A stretch of 61,101 bases of DNA from an uncultured Acidobacteriota bacterium (GTDB taxonomy: Bacteria; Acidobacteriota; UBA6911), in the NCBI GenBank assembly GCA_964586015.1, contig CAZPHK010000004.1:1-61101 (forward strand), given 5' to 3'. Each line of letters begins with the position of its first letter. Position 1 is the first letter of the stretch. Made by a program: the position numbers and the translations under genes. Below the pieces are notes generated by a model, which did no database searches, was not told the DNA's origin, and saw only the letters and a program-made list of their open reading frames with translations. Positions 9,920 to 19,980 of this stretch are shown one piece after another.

Positions 9920-12664
9920 ATGAACGTTTCCGGAAAATTCAAATTCTCCGTACTTATTATTTTTGCGCTTCTGTTGCCGGCAGCAGGACCGGCCGCCCGG
10001 TCTGCATTCTCGCAGACCGCGTCGCGCGTCGCCCGTATACCAGGCATCGATCCCGGACCCTGCAATCCGGGGCCGGAAGAGAAGCCGTGGCTCAATCCCG
10101 ACCAGACTCCGGGATGCCGCGCTCTCGAGGTTATCGCGAGCATGACGCTGGAGGAGAAGCTTGCCGAACTGGGCGGCATTACCGGACGCAGCACAAACAA
10201 GCGCCTCGAATTGGTCGCGGGCGGCGGATCGGACGGCCCCAACGGTATCGCCACCATGGGCTCGGGGCCTCCGAGAGCCAGAGGTAAAAATGTCACTGCT
10301 TTCGCCAATGCCGTGACGCTGGCCGCTACCTGGAACCGGGATCTGGCGGCGCGATACGGCAAGGCCCTCGGGGAAGAATTTACCGGCAAGGGTTCCAACT
10401 CCGTTCTTGGACCTACCATTAATATTATGCGAACGTGGCACTGGGGACGGAACGGCGAAACCTTCAGCGAAGATTCCTATCTTACGGCGGAGATGGCCGT
10501 GGCTGAAATCAAGGCTCTCAACGAGCAGAAGGTCCTGACCGTCCTGAAGCACTATGTCGCGAACAATCAGGAAAATACGCGCTGCGGCATTATCCCGGAC
10601 AACGCCGGCATCGACGCCAGGATTTCCGAAAAGGCGCTGCACGAAATTTATCTTCCGGCATTCAAGGCGGCCGTGCAGAAAGCGGGCACCGGCGGCATCA
10701 TGTGTTCCTACAACCAGGTGAACGGCATGTTCGCGTGCAATCACCCGGAACTGCTCGGATATCTGCGCACGTGGGGATTCGACGGTTTTATAGCTCCCGA
10801 TGCCGCGTTCGCGCTGCGCGACCCGCTTACAGGAGCGCTGGCCGGCGTCACGCGTGTAGGCGGGCGGGAAGCAGGGTCCTTTATCGAGGAAGGAAAACTT
10901 ACAACGACCGACCTGGACAGGATGCTCTATTACAACCTGACTCCCTATTTCCGCATAGGGATCTATGACTCTCCCGCGCAGGGAAATCAGGAAGCGGATG
11001 TCTCCACAGCCGATCACCGGGCTCTCGCCCGCACGGTTGCGGAGGAAGGCGCCGTGCTGCTGAAAAATAAGGATGCCGTGCTGCCGATTGATCCGGCCGG
11101 GGTCCGTTCCATCGCAGTCATCGGCGATGATGCGGGCCCGAATGTCACCATCGGACTGAACGGCAGCGGCCATGTGTATGCCATCAGGGTCAGCGTTCCG
11201 ATCGACGCGATAAGGGAGCGCGCCGGCGATTCGATTCGGGTTTCCTATGCCAGGGGGACCGTAGGGATCGGCCCGCTTCCGGCCGTGCCTGAAAACGTGC
11301 TCAAGCCGACGACAGGCCGGGGTTCCGGTCTTCGGGCAAGTTACTTCAGCAGCGGCGACGCGACCGGACTCCCGGTCGTAACCCGTGTGGAGCCCGGCAT
11401 CCTGGATGCGGCAAGGCCGCCGGACGAATTTTATTCCATTCAGGGCCTGCCGTTGCCGGTTGCATTCGGGGCCGCGCCTCCAAAGCAGTCTCCCAAAAGC
11501 AAATCCTCTTCCAAGACCGCACCGGGCGCCGGTCAGGCAAAGCCTGCCGCGGGAGCGCCTCCGTCCAGGCCGGCCCGAATCGTCTGGTCCGCGCGATGGA
11601 CCGGTACGCTGACGCCTCCCGTGGAGGGAACCTACCTGTTCTCCCTTACGGGATCCGGCACCGCGCAGCTGTATGTCGACAACAAGCCGGTTGCAACCAT
11701 GATGCGGGCGGATTTCGGACAAACCGTGCAGGGAACGATCGATTTAAAATCCCGGCGGCAGGTCCCCATCGAAGTCAAATATTCCAACGCCTCGACCATT
11801 CTGGGACCGGGACTTGCGCTCGGCTGGCAGCCTCCCGATCCCGACATGCTGGCCGAGGCCGTCCGTGCGGCAAAACAGGCCGATATCGCAATTGTTTTCG
11901 CGGCCGAACAGATGGGAGAGGGACAGGATAAGGTAAGGCTGGCTTTGCCTGGTGGCCAGGACAGTCTCGTTCGTGCGGTCGCGCAGGCTAATCCGCGAAC
12001 GGTGGTTGTTCTGCACACTTCCAATCCGGTTTCCATGCCGTGGCTGGACGAGGTGGAAGCCGTAATCGAAGCCTTCTATCCCGGGCAGGAAGCCGGCAGT
12101 TCGATTGCGCGACTGCTTTTTGGGGATGTCAACCCGTCCGGAAAGCTTGCAATGACCTTTCCGGCAAACGAGGCCCAGGGACCTGGAACGTTTTTCCTGG
12201 ACTATCCCGGCGACGGCATGACCGTAAATTATTCCGAAGGAGTTCTGGTAGGCTACCGATGGTACGACGCCAAAAACCAGGAGCCTCTCTTTCCATTCGG
12301 CCACGGCCTTTCGTACTCCGCTTTCCGTTATAACGACCTGCAGGTGGATCATTCAGACGGCAACCGGATAACTGTAAAAGCCCGGATTACGAATACCGGA
12401 AAGCGTGAGGGTGCGGAAGTCGTTCAACTTTATCTGGGCAGTCCGTCCGAGGTGGGAGAACCTCCGAAGCAGTTGAAAGGATTTGAGAAGGTCCGGCTGC
12501 AGCCGGGCGATAGCCGTATTGTAGCCATGGAGCTTGACGGCAGCGACCTTGCCGCCTGGGATAGGGAAATCCATGACTGGCGGATCCGGCCCGGCGCTTA
12601 TTCGGTCATGATTGGAAGCTCGTCGCGCGATATCCGGCTGGAGGGTTCTTTTTCAATGCGGTAA
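9920..12664 (+). CDS. Glycoside hydrolase family 3 (beta-glucosidase-like) with inserted PA14 domain and Fn3-like C-terminus
   Basis: GRNGETFSED, LKHY, IMCSYN, GFIAPD nucleophile region, VLLKN, PA14 SARWTG, VGYRWYD, GHGLSY, EVVQLY; GGAGGG RBS before ATG 9920; signal peptide. Confidence 0.93.
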   Translation: MNVSGKFKFSVLIIFALLLPAAGPAARSAFSQTASRVARIPGIDPGPCNPGPEEKPWLNPDQTPGCRALEVIASMTLEEKLAELGGITGRSTNKRLELVAGGGSDGPNGIATMGSGPPRARGKNVTAFANAVTLAATWNRDLAARYGKALGEEFTGKGSNSVLGPTINIMRTWHWGRNGETFSEDSYLTAEMAVAEIKALNEQKVLTVLKHYVANNQENTRCGIIPDNAGIDARISEKALHEIYLPAFKAAVQKAGTGGIMCSYNQVNGMFACNHPELLGYLRTWGFDGFIAPDAAFALRDPLTGALAGVTRVGGREAGSFIEEGKLTTTDLDRMLYYNLTPYFRIGIYDSPAQGNQEADVSTADHRALARTVAEEGAVLLKNKDAVLPIDPAGVRSIAVIGDDAGPNVTIGLNGSGHVYAIRVSVPIDAIRERAGDSIRVSYARGTVGIGPLPAVPENVLKPTTGRGSGLRASYFSSGDATGLPVVTRVEPGILDAARPPDEFYSIQGLPLPVAFGAAPPKQSPKSKSSSKTAPGAGQAKPAAGAPPSRPARIVWSARWTGTLTPPVEGTYLFSLTGSGTAQLYVDNKPVATMMRADFGQTVQGTIDLKSRRQVPIEVKYSNASTILGPGLALGWQPPDPDMLAEAVRAAKQADIAIVFAAEQMGEGQDKVRLALPGGQDSLVRAVAQANPRTVVVLHTSNPVSMPWLDEVEAVIEAFYPGQEAGSSIARLLFGDVNPSGKLAMTFPANEAQGPGTFFLDYPGDGMTVNYSEGVLVGYRWYDAKNQEPLFPFGHGLSYSAFRYNDLQVDHSDGNRITVKARITNTGKREGAEVVQLYLGSPSEVGEPPKQLKGFEKVRLQPGDSRIVAMELDGSDLAAWDREIHDWRIRPGAYSVMIGSSSRDIRLEGSFSMR

Positions 12665-12753
12665 TGTATGATACATAATAAATAATTTGCGGGGAATTGA
12701 TGCGGGCATCGAAGCGTCGTGGCTGAATCGGAGGAGTGCAGGACGAGAACGGC

Positions 12754-13371
12754 ATGAAAACAAAAGACAGGATTCTCAAAGCGGCCAGAGTGCTGTTTGC
12801 CGAAAAAGGATTTCGCGAAGTGACGGTGCGTGAAATAGCGGCTCATGCAGGCGTGAATTCAGCCCTGGTCGGCTATCATTTCGGAAACAAGCAGGAATTG
12901 TTCGATGAAGTCTATCGTTCCTATTCGGAGCCCCTGGCCCGGGAACGGATGAAAAGGCTTACGGAACTGACCAAAAACAAAAAGAAGCCGTCAATTGAAG
13001 ATGTACTGAAAGCCTGGCTTCTTCCATTGCTTCAAACCGGGGATGATCCCAGACAGAGTGCGTTTTATGTGCGTTTTACGGCCAACCTGGCCATAGAACG
13101 ATGGAAATATACCACTAAGGCTGCTCAGTTTACGCAACGGGCGCACAATATGTTTATCGATGCCCTGCATCGATGCCTGCCGCATTTATCCAGGGATACA
13201 TTGAGGTGGCGGCTCCATTTCATTATTGGGGCTGTTGCTTTCGGCATCCGGGTTCCCGGTCCGCTGCGTGCCTTTTCAAAAGGACGCTGCGATCCCAATG
13301 ACCTGGAATCGACCCTGGCCCAAATTCTTCCCTTTGCCGTTAATGGATTCCGTTCTCCCGAGCCTGAATGA
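12754..13371 (+). CDS. TetR/AcrR family transcriptional regulator (PsrA-like C-terminus)
   Basis: TKDRILKAARVLFAEKGFREVTVREIAAHAGVNSALVGYHFGNK HTH. Confidence 0.93.
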   Translation: MKTKDRILKAARVLFAEKGFREVTVREIAAHAGVNSALVGYHFGNKQELFDEVYRSYSEPLARERMKRLTELTKNKKKPSIEDVLKAWLLPLLQTGDDPRQSAFYVRFTANLAIERWKYTTKAAQFTQRAHNMFIDALHRCLPHLSRDTLRWRLHFIIGAVAFGIRVPGPLRAFSKGRCDPNDLESTLAQILPFAVNGFRSPEPE

Positions 13372-13478
13372 ATCCTTCTCATATTTTATTTCGTTTCAGC
13401 ATGCGGCGGTATTTGTTCCGTTTCTACGTTGCGAGCTCAGCCGATCGGTACCTGGGGGCAGCATGAAGGTAGCCTTTT

Positions 13479-14351
13479 TTACTGTTCTTTCGGAAGATCC
13501 ACGAGCCTTCTTTGCTCCGGCGTCAGGATTGAGTCCGGATCGGTCCGCAGCCTGCGTGCCATTTCTTCAGCCCTTCTCCTGAACACACTCCAGACGCCGA
13601 GCCAATATCTGTTCCAGTCTTCGTTGGCGGCAACGGTTACACGATAATAGGAATTGTATAATCCTTTCGGCCTCGATTTCCAGGCTAATGCTCTTGGATA
13701 AACCGGCCTGGTAAAGAAGAGACTTTTTGCAAACAACGCAAACGATCTTTGAGCCGCCCAACGATGCAGCGTATCCGTGACATGCGCGTCAAATTTTTCA
13801 GGTCTCGGTTCGCCGCTCAGAACAACCTTCCTGCCGCTTTTTACCCGGATGTTTTTTCCCCCTTTTATTGCGTGGGCATCTCCGCCGTACACCCGAAGCA
13901 TTCGCGATTCGGCATCAAGGCGATACAGGCCTTCCTTTTTTATTTCCACAACGCTTTCCGAAATATGCACCTGTATCGGATCCGTATCCAGCTTTTTTAA
14001 GATCTCGATAATGGCCGAACCCCGATCCAGTTCCAGACGAATGTCTGCGAGCTCGTTTTGCCGCATTATCAGCGAAGCGTTTTTGCCCAGCCTCAGGCAG
14101 GCGTCAGGCGCCAGAAGCAGTTCCGCATAGCCTTTCCCGGTGCTTAAGACCTGATCGTTTTCCAGTTGGAAATATTGTCCGTCCTGCAACCGGAGAGCTG
14201 TTCCATTTATATAAGCTTCTCCCAAAAGAAATTGGACCATTCCGGCTTTTGCACTGATTAATTGCTGGGCAGGAGCTGATACGTAGAACAGGATAATAAA
14301 GACGGCTATTGCCGGGAATTTGGCAGCCAGGCTTAAAATCGGCGGTTTCAT
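13479..14351 (-). CDS. FecR-domain protein (secreted or periplasmic)
   Basis: Signal peptide MKPPILSLAAKFPAIAVFIILFYVSAPA; LSTGKGYAELLLAPDACLRLGKNASL FecR-like pattern. Confidence 0.75.
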   Translation of the reverse strand: MKPPILSLAAKFPAIAVFIILFYVSAPAQQLISAKAGMVQFLLGEAYINGTALRLQDGQYFQLENDQVLSTGKGYAELLLAPDACLRLGKNASLIMRQNELADIRLELDRGSAIIEILKKLDTDPIQVHISESVVEIKKEGLYRLDAESRMLRVYGGDAHAIKGGKNIRVKSGRKVVLSGEPRPEKFDAHVTDTLHRWAAQRSFALFAKSLFFTRPVYPRALAWKSRPKGLYNSYYRVTVAANEDWNRYWLGVWSVFRRRAEEMARRLRTDPDSILTPEQRRLVDLPKEQ

Positions 14352-14535
14352 GCCATTGCCCCTCTTTGAGACGATGATACTCAGCTGATTTAAAGAGTTC
14401 AAACGGAAAACACTTGCCGGCGGGTGAACGGTCAATGATACACTCACCGGATCGGCGACTGATCGGGAGTACCGGGAAGTTTTTGCAGGAATGATTCACG
14501 GCTTTTACCACAACGATGATTCTTAGGAGGGAAGG

Positions 14536-16533
14536 ATGAAGAAGCTGTGTCCAGCGGTTCTGATGCTGCTCCTTTCGCCCTGTGTTCTGCGAGCGGTCGA
14601 CGGCACCACCACCGGCGATCTGATTATCGACCCGCCGACGCTTATGGCCCTCGGTTTTGCATGGCCCATCGAAGGCGACGACAACCGCAATGCCGTAGTT
14701 ACGATCGAATACCGCAGGGAGGGCGAGTCCCAGTGGTCCCGCGGGCTTGATCTTCTGCGCCTGCAGAACGAGGAGACCTACATGCGCGGCTCGCTCGACT
14801 ATGCCGCGCCCAACATGTTTGCCGGAAGCCTCTTCGACCTGGAGGAGGATACCGGGTATGAAGTGCGGCTGCGGCTCGAGGACCCGGACGGCGTCAACGG
14901 TGAAGCAGAGAAGAAGGTAAAGGTGCGAACGCGCCCAGAGCCGAAGCCGGCATCCGGCGGCAGGGTATTTCATGTTTACCCGCCGGGATACAGAGGGGAT
15001 CGCGAAGAACCGGCTTTTTCCGGATTGCTGGAAGCTTACTATATGGCCTCGTTGGGCGGGGACTGGAGCCGGGCTTCTCCACCGCGGGTACGGCCGGGCG
15101 ATATCATCAAGGTTCACGCCGGCGTTTACCTGAGCAAGCACGATCACTACTCCCACGAAATCAATTCCGGTTTCACTACATGCTGCGGGACACCGTGGGA
15201 CGGCACCTATTATCTGACGCAGGACGGCACCGAGGAGCGTCCGATCGCCATCGTTGCGGCGGGCGACGGGGAGGTGGTTTTCGACGGGGACGGCAATACC
15301 GTGCTGTTCAATCTCATGGGGGCTCAGTATCACTATTTTGAAGGCGTTACGTTCCGCAATACGGACACTGCCATCGAAGCCGGCATGAAGGACATTGCCG
15401 GTGCAGAGGGAGTTACGGTTAAGCGCTGCCGTTTCGAAAATATAGGAACGGCCGTGCATTCGGACTGGTCCGGTTCGAGCGGCTTCTACATTGCCGACAA
15501 CGACATGCTCGGCCGGGAAGGCCTGGGCTATGTCTTTACATGGTTCGCGATTGAACCCTGGTCCTCGCGCCCCGATTTCGCCGAACGCTCCAAAATGAAA
15601 TCCTTCTACGCCGTTTCAGTCTACGGCCGGGGGCACGTAATTGCCTACAACCGGGTGCGCGGATTTCACGACGGAATCGATCACGCCACCTACGGTATGC
15701 CGGACGGCTGGCCGGATACTCCCCCCGACCGGCTGCCCGTATCCATCGACATTTACAACAATGATGTTTCGGTCGTTCACGACAACTGCTTCGAAGCGGA
15801 CGGGTCCGTGCGCAATGTGCGCGTCCTGCGCAACCGCTGTTTCAATGCGCCGCTTGGTGCGATGAGCCCGCAACCCGTACTGGGTGGGCCCGTATATTTC
15901 ATCCGCAACGTCGTCTACAACGCCTGGTGGGGACCGGTCAAGGTGCACGCCGATCCGTCCGGCGTTTATTATCTGAACAATACCTATGTCGGGGAGTTCC
16001 GGCAACTCACGCCCATGTCCAACGTCCATTTGCGCAATAACCTGCTGCTGGGGCAGGGCACCGCGCCCCGGGTGCTGTCGGTGGATACTTATACCAACTA
16101 CAGCTCCTCCGACTATAACGGCTTCCGGCCCAATCCGGAGTCGAAGGAAGCGTTTGCCTGGAATTCCCCGCCGTTTGGAGAAACACGGAATTTTTATCCG
16201 GAACGTCGCGATCCGGAGCGGAATGCATCCGTTACACTCACGCAACGGGTTTACCCTACGCTTCAGGCCTATTCGGAAGCAACGGGCCAGGATCGCCACA
16301 GCCGGCTGGTCGACTACGACATCTTCGTCAATGCCCCGAAGCCCGATTTTACGGATCCTACCAGGGTTGTCGCCGCGGACTCGGTCGACCTTCGGTTGCG
16401 TGAAGATGCGGCAGCCGTTGACGCCGGCATCGAACTGCCGAACGTCACGGACGGCTTCCGGGGAAAAGCTCCCGATCTCGGGGCATACGAATTCGGAAAA
16501 CCGCTTCCCCATTACGGTCCCAGGGCGAGATAG
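14536..16533 (+). CDS. Secreted right-handed parallel beta-helix protein (pectate lyase-like fold)
   Basis: Signal peptide; PGDIIKVHAGVY; repeated Asn-stack motifs (IADNDM, IAYNRV, IYNNDV, VLRNRC, FIRNVV); C-terminal AAVDAG...APDLGAYE; AGGAGG RBS. Confidence 0.8.
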   Translation: MKKLCPAVLMLLLSPCVLRAVDGTTTGDLIIDPPTLMALGFAWPIEGDDNRNAVVTIEYRREGESQWSRGLDLLRLQNEETYMRGSLDYAAPNMFAGSLFDLEEDTGYEVRLRLEDPDGVNGEAEKKVKVRTRPEPKPASGGRVFHVYPPGYRGDREEPAFSGLLEAYYMASLGGDWSRASPPRVRPGDIIKVHAGVYLSKHDHYSHEINSGFTTCCGTPWDGTYYLTQDGTEERPIAIVAAGDGEVVFDGDGNTVLFNLMGAQYHYFEGVTFRNTDTAIEAGMKDIAGAEGVTVKRCRFENIGTAVHSDWSGSSGFYIADNDMLGREGLGYVFTWFAIEPWSSRPDFAERSKMKSFYAVSVYGRGHVIAYNRVRGFHDGIDHATYGMPDGWPDTPPDRLPVSIDIYNNDVSVVHDNCFEADGSVRNVRVLRNRCFNAPLGAMSPQPVLGGPVYFIRNVVYNAWWGPVKVHADPSGVYYLNNTYVGEFRQLTPMSNVHLRNNLLLGQGTAPRVLSVDTYTNYSSSDYNGFRPNPESKEAFAWNSPPFGETRNFYPERRDPERNASVTLTQRVYPTLQAYSEATGQDRHSRLVDYDIFVNAPKPDFTDPTRVVAADSVDLRLREDAAAVDAGIELPNVTDGFRGKAPDLGAYEFGKPLPHYGPRAR

Positions 16534-16540
16534 GAACAAT

Positions 16541-17311
16541 ATGGAACTTGCAATTGAAACAAAAGGTTTAACGAGAATGTTTGACGGATTCTGCGCGGTG
16601 GATCATATCGATCTCCGTGTAGAAACGGGTACTTTTTACGGTTTCCTGGGCCCGAACGGAGCCGGCAAATCCACGACGATTAAAATGCTGACCGGCCTGC
16701 TGGCCGCTTCGGAAGGCGAGTCCTGGGTTCTGGGAAGGAACATGTCCGATATGGGCGATTCTCTTGAAGCCAAGAAAAGGATCGGTGTCGTACCCGAGGA
16801 CCTGGCTCTTTTCGAAAATCTGAAGGCGCGGGAACATTTGACTTTCATCGGGCGGATGTACCTGTTGCCCGCCGAAACCGTCCGTACGCGAATTGACGAA
16901 CTCCTCGACATGCTTGGTCTGGCGGATGCCGAAAATAAACTCGTTCTGGAATATTCCCACGGGATGAAAAAGAAACTGGCGCTGGCGGCCGCACTCCTCC
17001 CCGATCCGGATCTGCTGTTTCTGGACGAGCCGTTTGAAGGCGTGGATGCGGTGACCTCGCGCATTATTCGCGACATGTTGACGGACTATACCGGACGCGG
17101 GTCGACAATATTTCTGACCTCTCACGTTCTCGATGTTGTCGAGAAACTGTGCACCCACGTAGGCATTATTGCGGAAGGCAGGCTCGTCGAACAGGCTGGG
17201 CTCGACGAACTTCGCCGGGGAAGCTCCCTGGAGGAACGGTTTCTCGAGAAGGTAGGCGTTGATGAAGGGGCGACGCACAAGCTTTCCTGGCTGCACGAGG
17301 AGACGCCGTGA
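16541..17311 (+). CDS. ABC transporter ATP-binding protein (ABC-2/DrrA-like)
   Basis: Walker A GPNGAGKST, signature YSHGMKKK, Walker B LFLDEP, H-loop TSH; true start ATG 16541, 7 bp after the beta-helix stop. Confidence 0.93.
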   Translation: MELAIETKGLTRMFDGFCAVDHIDLRVETGTFYGFLGPNGAGKSTTIKMLTGLLAASEGESWVLGRNMSDMGDSLEAKKRIGVVPEDLALFENLKAREHLTFIGRMYLLPAETVRTRIDELLDMLGLADAENKLVLEYSHGMKKKLALAAALLPDPDLLFLDEPFEGVDAVTSRIIRDMLTDYTGRGSTIFLTSHVLDVVEKLCTHVGIIAEGRLVEQAGLDELRRGSSLEERFLEKVGVDEGATHKLSWLHEETP

Positions 17312-19158
17312 ACTGGGAACATCTTAAGACTTACATCTGGGTGCGCTGGCGCCTTTCCGCAAATCAGGTCAAGCGTTCCGGAGCCATTGGCACTGTCATT
17401 GCGGCAATCCTGACGGGGCTGAGGATTTTGGGCGGAGTCCTTACATTTATTGCCGGGCTGCTGATCGGCTTCTTTGCATTAAGCCGGGCCGAGCCGAGAA
17501 TCGTGTTGATCGCGTGGGATGTTGCCGCGGTCGGCTTTATTTTCTTCTGGATGATCGGCCTGATGTCCGAGCTGCAGCGCTCGGAGCTGCTGTCGCTCGA
17601 CAATTTCATGCACCTGCCCGTTTCCCCTTCGGGCGCGTTTTTGATCAATTATGTGGGTTCGAGCATGGGCCTGAGTCTTATCCTGTTCCTGCCGGCCATG
17701 ATCGGTCTTTCAATCGGGTTGACCCTGTCGCGTGGATTGGCGATGCTCCTGTTGTTCCCCCTGGTTGCGGCCTTTTTTCTGATGGTGACGGCCGTAACAT
17801 ACCAGTTCCGCGGATGGCTTGCCGGCATGATGACTAATCCAAGGCGCCGTCGAACCATTATTGCCATCGTATCTCTGGCATTCATCCTTGTGTTTCAGAT
17901 TCCCAACATGTTGACCCATTTCGGACCCGGCGCCAAAGCGGGTAAAGAGGCAAGCCGGGAAGCGGCTGAAGAATTCGCAGCTCTGGATAAAGAGCTTGCC
18001 AGCGGCCGGATCACAAGAGAGGAGTATGCAGAACAGTCGGCCGCGAAACGGGAGGCGTTGAATGCAGACCGTAAAGAGCGTCTGGAGAGAGGCTTTAATG
18101 TGCTTCAATCGGTCAACATGGCGGCGCCTCCAGGGTGGCTGCCGTATGGAGCTGCCGCCGCGGTTCAGGGACGGGGCCTGCCGGTGCTGGCCTGTATTCT
18201 GGGAATGGGACTGATCGGCGCCGGCAGCCTGCGTCGTTCCTATAAGACTACAGTCCGTCTGTATACGGGAGAGTTCAACAAAGGGCGGATCCGGCGCAAG
18301 GCTAAGCCAAAATCCGTTTCCCAAGATTCTTCAAAAGCCAAAACCGGTTCGGCTGCCTCCGCCGGATTCATTGAAAAGAAACTTCCCCGGATTTCGGAAC
18401 ACGCCTCCGCAATCGCCTTAGCCGGCATTCGATCTCTGCTGCGCGCGACTGAAGTGAAAATGATGCTGCTGACGCCTTTAATTTTGCTGATTGTCTTTGG
18501 GGGAATGCTTGTAAGCCGGGAGGGCAGCGTGTCCGGCTACCTCCGCCCGCTGATTGCATTGGGTCTCGCTGCCGGTATTGAAATAATCAGCATGACGGGA
18601 TTCGTCGGGAACCAATTCGCTTTCGATCGGCAAGGTTTCCGTGTATTTGTTCTGAGCGGCGTTTCCCGCCGCGAGATTCTTCTGGGTAAAAACCTTTCGT
18701 ACCTTCCGTTCGCCGCTGCGTTGATGGCTTTAGCCGTCGGGGTTTCTCAATGGATATATCCGATGCGGCCGGATCACCTGGCGGCAGTCCTCATTCAGAT
18801 TATTCCCATCTATCTGTTGTTTTGCATGGGAGGAAATATATTTTCGATTCTTACTCCGATCACCCTCAGATCAGGATCAGGTATGCCGGCTTCCCATCAG
18901 GGAATCCGGACTCTGGGGCAAATGGTCTTTATGTTCCTTATTCCCATTCCCATCGGCTTGACGTTGATTCCGTTGGGAGTTGAAAGCCTCCTGTTTGCAA
19001 TAGGATGGATGACGCATTTCCCGGTTTTTTTAATACTGAACCTGGTTCAGGCATTCTTAGTAATCCGGCTGTATCGCAAGACACTCAACTGGCAGGGCCG
19101 TCTGCTGCAACAGAACGAACAGAAGATCCTGGAAACCATCAGCGCAAAGGGGGAGTAG
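17308..19158 (+). CDS. ABC transporter permease (large multi-TM)
   Basis: GTGA overlap with the ATPase; more than 10 hydrophobic segments; NQFAFDRQG and REILLGKN motifs typical of such permeases. Confidence 0.8.
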   Translation: MNWEHLKTYIWVRWRLSANQVKRSGAIGTVIAAILTGLRILGGVLTFIAGLLIGFFALSRAEPRIVLIAWDVAAVGFIFFWMIGLMSELQRSELLSLDNFMHLPVSPSGAFLINYVGSSMGLSLILFLPAMIGLSIGLTLSRGLAMLLLFPLVAAFFLMVTAVTYQFRGWLAGMMTNPRRRRTIIAIVSLAFILVFQIPNMLTHFGPGAKAGKEASREAAEEFAALDKELASGRITREEYAEQSAAKREALNADRKERLERGFNVLQSVNMAAPPGWLPYGAAAAVQGRGLPVLACILGMGLIGAGSLRRSYKTTVRLYTGEFNKGRIRRKAKPKSVSQDSSKAKTGSAASAGFIEKKLPRISEHASAIALAGIRSLLRATEVKMMLLTPLILLIVFGGMLVSREGSVSGYLRPLIALGLAAGIEIISMTGFVGNQFAFDRQGFRVFVLSGVSRREILLGKNLSYLPFAAALMALAVGVSQWIYPMRPDHLAAVLIQIIPIYLLFCMGGNIFSILTPITLRSGSGMPASHQGIRTLGQMVFMFLIPIPIGLTLIPLGVESLLFAIGWMTHFPVFLILNLVQAFLVIRLYRKTLNWQGRLLQQNEQKILETISAKGE

Positions 19159-19321
19159 TCCAAAGCGGAAATATTTTCCCGAAAGGTTTGAATCCGCCGT
19201 TGAAGGGAAACACTGTTAGAAGTTGGAAATGGCGTTCGATTTGAGGAATAAATAACAATGCATACATTTATCAACCAAGCTAATGATACCAGCCGGAGCT
19301 GTCGATAATGGAATCCAGAGG

Positions 19322-19816
19322 ATGGAGAAAACCGTGAGAATTCTTTTAGTGGAAGACAGCAGGGTTATACGCAGGGAGAATCAGGCGGCGCTCTTAAAAG
19401 CAGGATACGAAGTAGTATGCGCCGAAGACGGGGAAGCCGCCCTGCAAATGGCGCTGGAATTAACGCCCGATCTGATACTCCTGGATATGATCATTCCGAA
19501 GATAAACGGTCCGGAAGTCCTGCAGCAGTTGAAGAAGGATCCCGCAACTTCAGAGATTCCGGTTGTCGTCGTCAGCAGTCTCTCCGAAAAGAACCGTGAT
19601 AAATTGATCCAGGTAGGGGCCGAGGACTACCTGGAGAAAAATGAACTGATGCCTTCAAGGGGTGTAAACCTGCTGCCCGAAAGATTGGAGCCTATCATCC
19701 GGCAGATCAACAGCCGGAAGGGAATTCCGGCCCGGCCGGTCGCGGATGAATCCGTGGAAGATTTCGAGGAACTTGATGGTTTTGAGGAAATCGAAGAGAT
19801 CGAAGAAACGGAATAA
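19322..19816 (+). CDS. Stand-alone response regulator receiver with acidic tail
   Basis: ILLVEDS, PDLILLDMIIP (phospho-Asp), VVVSS, GAEDYLEK. Confidence 0.9.
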   Translation: MEKTVRILLVEDSRVIRRENQAALLKAGYEVVCAEDGEAALQMALELTPDLILLDMIIPKINGPEVLQQLKKDPATSEIPVVVVSSLSEKNRDKLIQVGAEDYLEKNELMPSRGVNLLPERLEPIIRQINSRKGIPARPVADESVEDFEELDGFEEIEEIEETE

Positions 19817-19980
19817 ATCGAGCGCAGTATTGCGGTGTTGTTAAACGAACGATATTCATAAGTCTCCCCTGCATAATCCCATCGTCATAAATCCTCCTGA
19901 CGGCGTTCCAGACAGTGAACATGTAACGGGGCAGTTATTTCTTTAACGGCATCCGCGTCTGGTTTATGCTGTAAGGAATC

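Noticed and set aside
15986-16540. 185-aa N-terminal extension of the ABC ATPase ORF
   Set aside because: Overlaps the beta-helix gene in another frame; homology begins at ATG 16541.
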